Shown: one piece after another, positions 57,240 to 64,000 of the stretch
Layout: each line of letters begins with the position of its first letter
Position numbering within the stretch: position 1 is the first letter of the stretch
Source: Eledone cirrhosa
Lineage: Eukaryota
Reading direction: 5' to 3'
NCBI GenBank assembly: GCA_964016885.1
Contig: OZ024743.1
Location: 97,526,001 to 97,590,000 of the forward strand
Length of the DNA: 64,000 nucleotides
Notes under the pieces: model-generated
The model's database searches: none
What the model saw: the letters and a program-made list of their open reading frames with translations, nothing else
What the model was told of the DNA's origin: nothing
Translations under genes and position numbers: made by a program

Positions 57240-58383
57240 CGCAATACACATTCACAAACTAAAATATATTTCACAATAAGCAGCTTACTTTCAATATCCG
57301 CGCCTATTGGCAAAGTTTGTGTTATAGGTTCGGTGTCCGGGTTTATCTATCACCGAGATCAACTCCGCAGTTCATCATTCTGGGGTCGATAAAATAATAT
57401 ATTTCATTACTGGCGTCGATACTTCCACTTATTCACTTCCTCCCCCCTTAACGCTCTCTTCTTCTATGGAATACATTTGCTATGTTAAGACTTGGAGAAA
57501 GGATGGGTTACACCAACACACGTCACATGTCCCTATTGTGCCTCTACGATTCCATTAGGTATTTGGGGTCCATGCATATGGATTGCATTCTAGTATATCT
57601 AACCTTATATCACGACTCGATAATGTACTAGCTAAATAATGCTTAGAAAGTATTTTATCTAAAGGCAAACATACAGTCCACCGCAGGAATGGAATACAAA
57701 TTCTAAAAGTTAGTAAAACACTACTTTCTAAAATTATTCTCCACCACCCCGATACTTTTAAACCATTAATAAACTATATTAAACTATATTCATTGCACAT
57801 TCTATATTTGATGATAGAAAGCAAATTCCCCGCAATAAAGAAAAACACATTCGGATTAAAGAGGTGTTCAATCAAATTATTGAGTACATACAGATCTTAA
57901 TTTTATGCTGTGTCAGCTTTTGGCTAAATCAGATCAATATAATAAGTGAAGCAAGCCACTGACTCAAAATTAATCGTTGGGATATTTTCGCTACACCTTA
58001 CTTTGCTAACACTTGTACTAGGAAATTGAATGTCTCAAAATAATTAATCGCAATGCCTAGAATACAGATTATAATGCTGATTAAAAATCAATAAACTTCT
58101 AAATCAGTCATTACAGATATTCTGTAATCGCACTCAGTGATCTATTATAGTTGATGGAATTTTGAATGCATAATAATACTGACTTATATGAAAATGCTGA
58201 CGGGAAATATTCAGCTATATCCTTTTTCTTATACTTCCGAGTAGGCTTTAAAAAAATCACCAATATCTATCCAGGTTTAATCTTCAATTATATAATTATA
58301 TTAATATAGATTTAAATAAATAGATTGCTTGATTGATAGCTAGACAACCAGATAAATACATAGATTAATCGATCGATAAATAG

Positions 58384-58437
<54 letters not shown>

Positions 58438-58443
<6 letters not shown>

Positions 58444-58877
58444 TTAATAAATGGAAACTATATTTATAAAACCATATTTATTTTATTATACATATTTCAA
58501 GGGCAACCAAGGCAAATTAGGGTGCACTTTCATCAGATAAAATACAGATTTGCTTTATAAATAAATATTGCCATACCCGGGAAAAAGACAACCTTAACGG
58601 TTGGAGCTTCTTGGATTGCTCCAACCGTTAAGGTTGTCTTTTTCCCGGGTATGTCAATATTTATTTATAAAGCAAATCTGTATTTTATCTGATGAAAGTG
58701 CACCCTAATTTGCCTTGGTTGCCCTTGAAATATGTATAATAAAATAAATATGGTTTTATAAATATAGTTTCCATTTATTAATATATTGTGTATTTACTCC
58801 ACTAAACTGTTGAGTGCTTTATATGAGTTATAAAAATGTTTAAGCTTGATGAATCCCAACAAATTAAATATAACCTC
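58438..58877 (+). mobile_element. Fold-back element: 170-bp arms (58438-58607 and 58618-58787), 10-nt loop, 90-bp tail
   Basis: I see one mismatch between the arms. Pure (TA)n on both sides. Each arm carries a hammerhead. Confidence 0.92.
58681..58746 (+). ncRNA. Minimal type I hammerhead ribozyme (mirror copy on minus strand at about 58479-58544)
   Basis: tattttat-CTGATGA-aagtgcacc..ggttgccctt-GAAA-tatgta-TA-ataaaata. Confidence 0.85.
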
Positions 58878-59010
<133 letters not shown>

Positions 59011-60065
59011 GTTGATTGGATGTTTTACAGATTGTCAGCTAGAAAGACAGATAGAGAGATAGATAGAAAGAAAAAAAAATTATATTGAAGGAGGAAACGT
59101 CAACCAATAACAACCAACTAGGATAATTATAATATATTTATTATGTGGCAAATATACGACCTACTACCATACCATGCATTGGTTCTTAATATCTGATTCT
59201 CTACTTTTATCATGCACTGAAATAATATGCCAGTAGCCAAGGATTCAGTTATATTTTCTTTAATCCTGTGTATTCCATGTTCCCAATTTTCCCAGTTTAT
59301 TACAGAAATATTTCCCTCTGTAATCATATTGACCTATTTTAAAAAGGTGTACTTACGTGAGAATGTATCTCAGATAACATAAGCCTAAGACTGAAAATTG
59401 TGCTATAATTTCAGTTAGTATGTTGTAACATAGTTACGGTTCCAGCAACAGGGTAATCACACATTCAATATACCAATAATACAAGATGATTTAAATTACC
59501 TAGAAATTTAAAAAATGTAATCATCCGCTGCTGAGATAATGGATCTCCTGTGTTCTACACAAGTGTGTCCAATTCCGAACATTTCATATAGACTAAGTGT
59601 GGTGTATTAGACGTATAGGTATTTGAGCTGCGTACGATTAAAATCAAACATATGGGAGTCTTAACAAGTATAGTTCATTTCTCACACTGAATTTTAGCGG
59701 GAAAATTCAATGAATGGTTTATTTTTTTATTTTTGGTGAACAATCACTTGTTCACTAGAGGTATGACAGCCAGAGTGACAAGATACTGACTCCACATATC
59801 AGTGTGGAGCAAACAAAAATTAAAACATTATCTTAGTATTTGGGGAATAACGTTAAATGGCAGATAAGGCACAGGAAGCAATAAGTATCGACAAGGTCAC
59901 AGATTGTGACGAAAGGACTACAACAATTAGTTGATTAATAAATGGAATGGTAGAATAAAAAATGCCTTTATTAAATCAGATTAAATCTCATTCGGTGCAT
60001 GTAATTATCAATATGATCTTCCGAATATACATTAGGTGTGAGTTTATGTGTGAGTTTATGTGTGC

Positions 60066-60161
<96 letters not shown>

Positions 60162-61790
60162 CTTTGTGTTGAAGAATTTTTCCGTACCAAATATTTCTGG
60201 GTTCTATCTCTCTCAAAATAAGTAACATGGTATAATAAATGTGCTTTAAGATTACAAATGTTAATCTAAATCAATTAGTAACTTATTTGGATAGGACTGG
60301 GGTCCCTATCATTAAATCCTCCAGGACACCTCCAACGAGATATACCTTGGAGGAGGCCAGCTAAACCTGCATAGGTGTGAGCTGTCACACACACAGTAAC
60401 GTATTGAGAGAAACAAGAAGAGTAAAACTTTCTATTGGTTAGTGAACTAATGATATGACTTAGTATCTACAACAGCCTAGGAAACAATTGAACTGTCATC
60501 CTCATTCACTTCAGATGCTTTGGATTACGTTTAATTCATAAAACTCACATCAATAGTTGTGAATACGTTCCCTTTATAACGTTTGTAAGCCTTTCAAAAA
60601 TCATTCAGATAAAGGAAGAAATAAATGGATATTTATTTCAATGAGAGACTAAATCAGCTTTATATGAATGCGAGCTCATTGTTTCTGATAATACTGTACT
60701 GAGATTTCAACACATTTCATCTAATGATGACATGATTTTATTGGTGATCATAGAGCAATCCATCTAAACCGACACTGTTAAACTGTTAATGTCATCTAAT
60801 TTATCCCATTTGCACCAAGCCTGTTTCCACATGGGCTGAGATCTATTAATCAAAGAACTTGTTAAGACATCTATCAATGGCCATCCTTATAGGACAAACG
60901 TCTACTATTATTGTGACAAATCAATGAATTTTGATCAATGACTCAGGCTATTATGTTGATGTTGTGCTGGTAGTAACTTCAGTTTAATTCATGGTAACCG
61001 GTTTGTTTATTTTTTACTTCAAGAAAGTCGAAATCATTACAAAGCAGTAAGTTGCTTTCCCAAAGATATCAGTAAAATTGTTATTATCTTGTGCATGTGT
61101 AGATATTCTAACGGCATTACACTAACCTACCAAACACACTTTGTTGAAATTTGACAGTAAATCTGAGGTGAGATCATGATAGAGACCTGCAAATCAACTT
61201 CTAATTAGATCTATGCCAATACTATCCAATTTACCATCAAAATATCAACACACTCACTACACATACGAAGTAAAGATATATTCTAATCTACGCCCATACA
61301 CATGAAGGACGCTATTAAATGACAGACATTTTTTACGGATGCTAATTTTACCATCTCTGGTAATCCACTCGAACTACTATAGAGACTTTCTTTAGTATAG
61401 ACTGCATAATATAGACTGACACTTTTTTTCAGGGCCAGAAATTAGTTTATCACCATAACATTACAAGCACCAGTGAGATCCATAATGCAATACAGTTCCT
61501 CAACTAGAACCCTTCTGATATTACATATACAGTTATCCCAAGACTCTAGAAAAAAGTCCTCCTGTTTGAATAGTTTGACACTATGTGACTAAACGAGAAA
61601 GAAAAAAATTAGCATATACACTTGGTATGTCTACACACTGCCTTTTACACTGCAACATGTGTGTCTGCTCCTTCTGACTGGGATCTTATCACTTCTACTC
61701 AGGGTCATTTGGATCACTCGTCATTCCTCTTTTTATCTTGCAATGAGAAAACCTGCTACCTAGCAATTTGCACACAGTACTTTATTACCC

Positions 61791-61835
<45 letters not shown>

Positions 61836-61839
<4 letters not shown>

Positions 61840-62110
61840 TGTTGTAATAATATTGCCAGAAAAACACTCCCTGATGATGTCGCAGATGTGCAACGAAAGA
61901 ACTTTGTTAGACTATATATATGTGTTTGTGTCTATATTATATCTGTATTTTTGACCGTTGGTCAGTCAATGGTAACATTGAGGACCGAATAAATTAACTG
62001 TGAAGATATAAAAGAAGCAGAACCGAAAACCAATCAAATAGTGAGTGTGTCTGTTGTTATTTCTGGCAATATTATTACAACAATATGACCCTCCCCAAGT
62101 ATAACCACAC
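61836..62110. mobile_element. Element with perfect 27-bp inverted ends plus a short tail, in (TA)n
   Basis: atattgttgtaataatattgccagaaa at 61836-61862 and its reverse complement at 62060-62086. Confidence 0.75.
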
Positions 62111-62143
62111 ATATATATATATATGTGTGTGTGTGTATGTATG

Positions 62144-62192
<49 letters not shown>

Positions 62193-62369
62193 GTGTGTGT
62201 ATATATATATATGTGTGTGTGTGTGTATATATATATATATACAAATATATACAAATATTTGTGTGTATGTCTGCGTATGTGTGTATGCATGTGTGTATGT
62301 GTGTATGTGTGCGTTTATGTGTGTGTTTGCCCGCACGTGCGCACTTCTGGTGTTGGTATGTATGGGGTG

Positions 62370-62775
62370 TGTAGACACAAACCCCTTAAACTAAAAGTAG
62401 TAAACTACACACCTACAATAAAAACAGCAACAATACGAAGGAATAGGACAGGGAAGGGAGAGGTAATGTAAAGGGAGAACAGGAAGAGATAATACCTACG
62501 ACTCTTAACTTGTCCCGCCACCAAATTTCCTGACTTCGTCTTTCCACATGAAGTCGTTGTCTCCCTTCACTAGCCATCTTCTGCCATCGACCTTTACATA
62601 GCAAACACGTAATCACACAAGTGCACACAGATTCAGACTTATACACACACATACAACAATGACGGGGAAACAATACATACATCAAAGCACGAGGAGCGTG
62701 CCTGCGCACATGGACACAGATATCGCGAGAGATCGTTCGTGACTATAAGTCGATTGGCCACAGCTCCCCCACTCA
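62370..62775 (-). mobile_element. Probable 3' LTR with polypurine tract
   Basis: Minus strand: gagtgggggagc, then TGTggcc ... gtctACA (62762 down to 62370, about 390 bp). Confidence 0.5.
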
Positions 62776-62924
62776 CCAAGTAGTTCACTGTGAACAATAT
62801 CTTCATCCACATCCCCATGATAAACGATTTGGATAGATCCATGTTGCTTCCATGTTGGCGTAATGCAAAATGGGAAATATACATAGTGCATACCAGCGTT
62901 ACTAAGTCATAAGAGAAATATATA

Positions 62925-62939
62925 TATAGGTATATATAC

Positions 62940-63017
<78 letters not shown>

Positions 63018-63032
63018 GTAATATATATATAG

Positions 63033-63088
<56 letters not shown>

Positions 63089-63115
63089 ATATATATATAT
63101 ATATAGTAATAATAA

Positions 63116-63176
<61 letters not shown>
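62925..63176. repeat. (TA)n followed by (TAA)n
   Basis: Seen directly; the (TAA)n part is the target of the adjacent Dong copy. Confidence 0.95.
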
Positions 63177-64000
63177 CACCTCCTCTTCATGGACGATCTT
63201 AAGCTCTTCGGAAAGAGTGAGAAGGAGTTGGATGTGCTTGTTGACACTGTCCGTATTTTCAGCAATGATATATGTGTGCAGTTTGGTATTAGTAAGTGTG
63301 GAGTCATTGTGATGAGGAGGGGTAAGTTGAGCAGAAGTAACGGAATCCAGATACCAACAGGTGAGAGGATAAAGGAAATTGACTCTGAGGAAGGATACAA
63401 GTATTTGGGCGTTCTGGAGGCTGATGGCATAAAGAACAAAAAAATGAAGGAATTGTTAAGAACTGAATACATTCAGAGAGTAAGGAACATATTGAAGTCA
63501 CATCTAAACAGCAGAAATGCCATAAGCGCAGTAAATTCCCGAGCTGTGTCTATTATTAGGTACAGTGCGGGAATTCTGAGATGGAATGTTGCTGAACAAA
63601 AAGAAATGGATAGGAAGACTAAGAAGCTATTGACTATCTACAACATGTTCCACAAGAGGAGTGATGTCGATAGACTCTACCTAAGGAGATCTGAGGGTGG
63701 AAGAGGTCTTATCAGCATAGAGGACTGTGTTCAGATGGAGAAAAACAACCTACACAAATACGTGACTGATAGTAAGGAGCCAATGCTCAGAACTGTACTG
63801 AAGGAGGGGACAATAGGCCAGGGGATGTCCAAGGAGTAAATAATATCAAGGAGAAAGAGCAGCCTTCAGGAAAAATCCCTTCATAGTACCTTCTTTGAGA
63901 ACACTGAATTTAGAGACCCACAGACATGGAACTAGTTGAGAAGAGGAGACCTTAAAAAGGCTACAGAAGGAATGTTAATGGCTGCGCAGGAGCAGGCCCA
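63174..64000 (+). mobile_element. R4/Dong family B, 5'-truncated, runs off the window
   Basis: Starts immediately after (TAA)n with [13 protein letters not shown], then YKYLG and RLYLRRSEGGRGL. Confidence 0.93.

Noticed and set aside
60650-61500. Possible ancient LINE endonuclease remnant on the minus strand
   Set aside because: Too degraded to support by eye.

Overview
This is repeat-dense, AT-rich eukaryotic DNA in which I can support no host protein-coding gene. It is probably intronic or intergenic sequence from an octopod cephalopod, inferred from the SINE family and the heavy (TA)n/(CA)n/(TAA)n load. Nearly all ORFs in the supplied track are microsatellite artefacts. Real coding traces all come from transposons: R4/Dong-clade non-LTR retrotransposons (RT plus restriction-like endonuclease) sitting in (TAA)n, with one near-full-length copy at about 38.1-42.1 kb, and remnants of CR1, RTE, Tx1/L1, Gypsy and probably piggyBac and mariner. 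The most interesting signal is non-coding. Several unrelated short families inserted in (TA)n share one layout: inverted arm, loop, arm, unpaired tail. They range from 49-bp hairpins to a 3-kb inverted repeat, and many carry type I hammerhead ribozyme motifs, with intact cores at 11.7, 53.7 and 58.7 kb. This fits 5'-truncated or non-autonomous Penelope-like (pseudo-LTR plus tail) or retrozyme-like elements. All alignments and folds were done by eye, so boundaries of old remnants are approximate.
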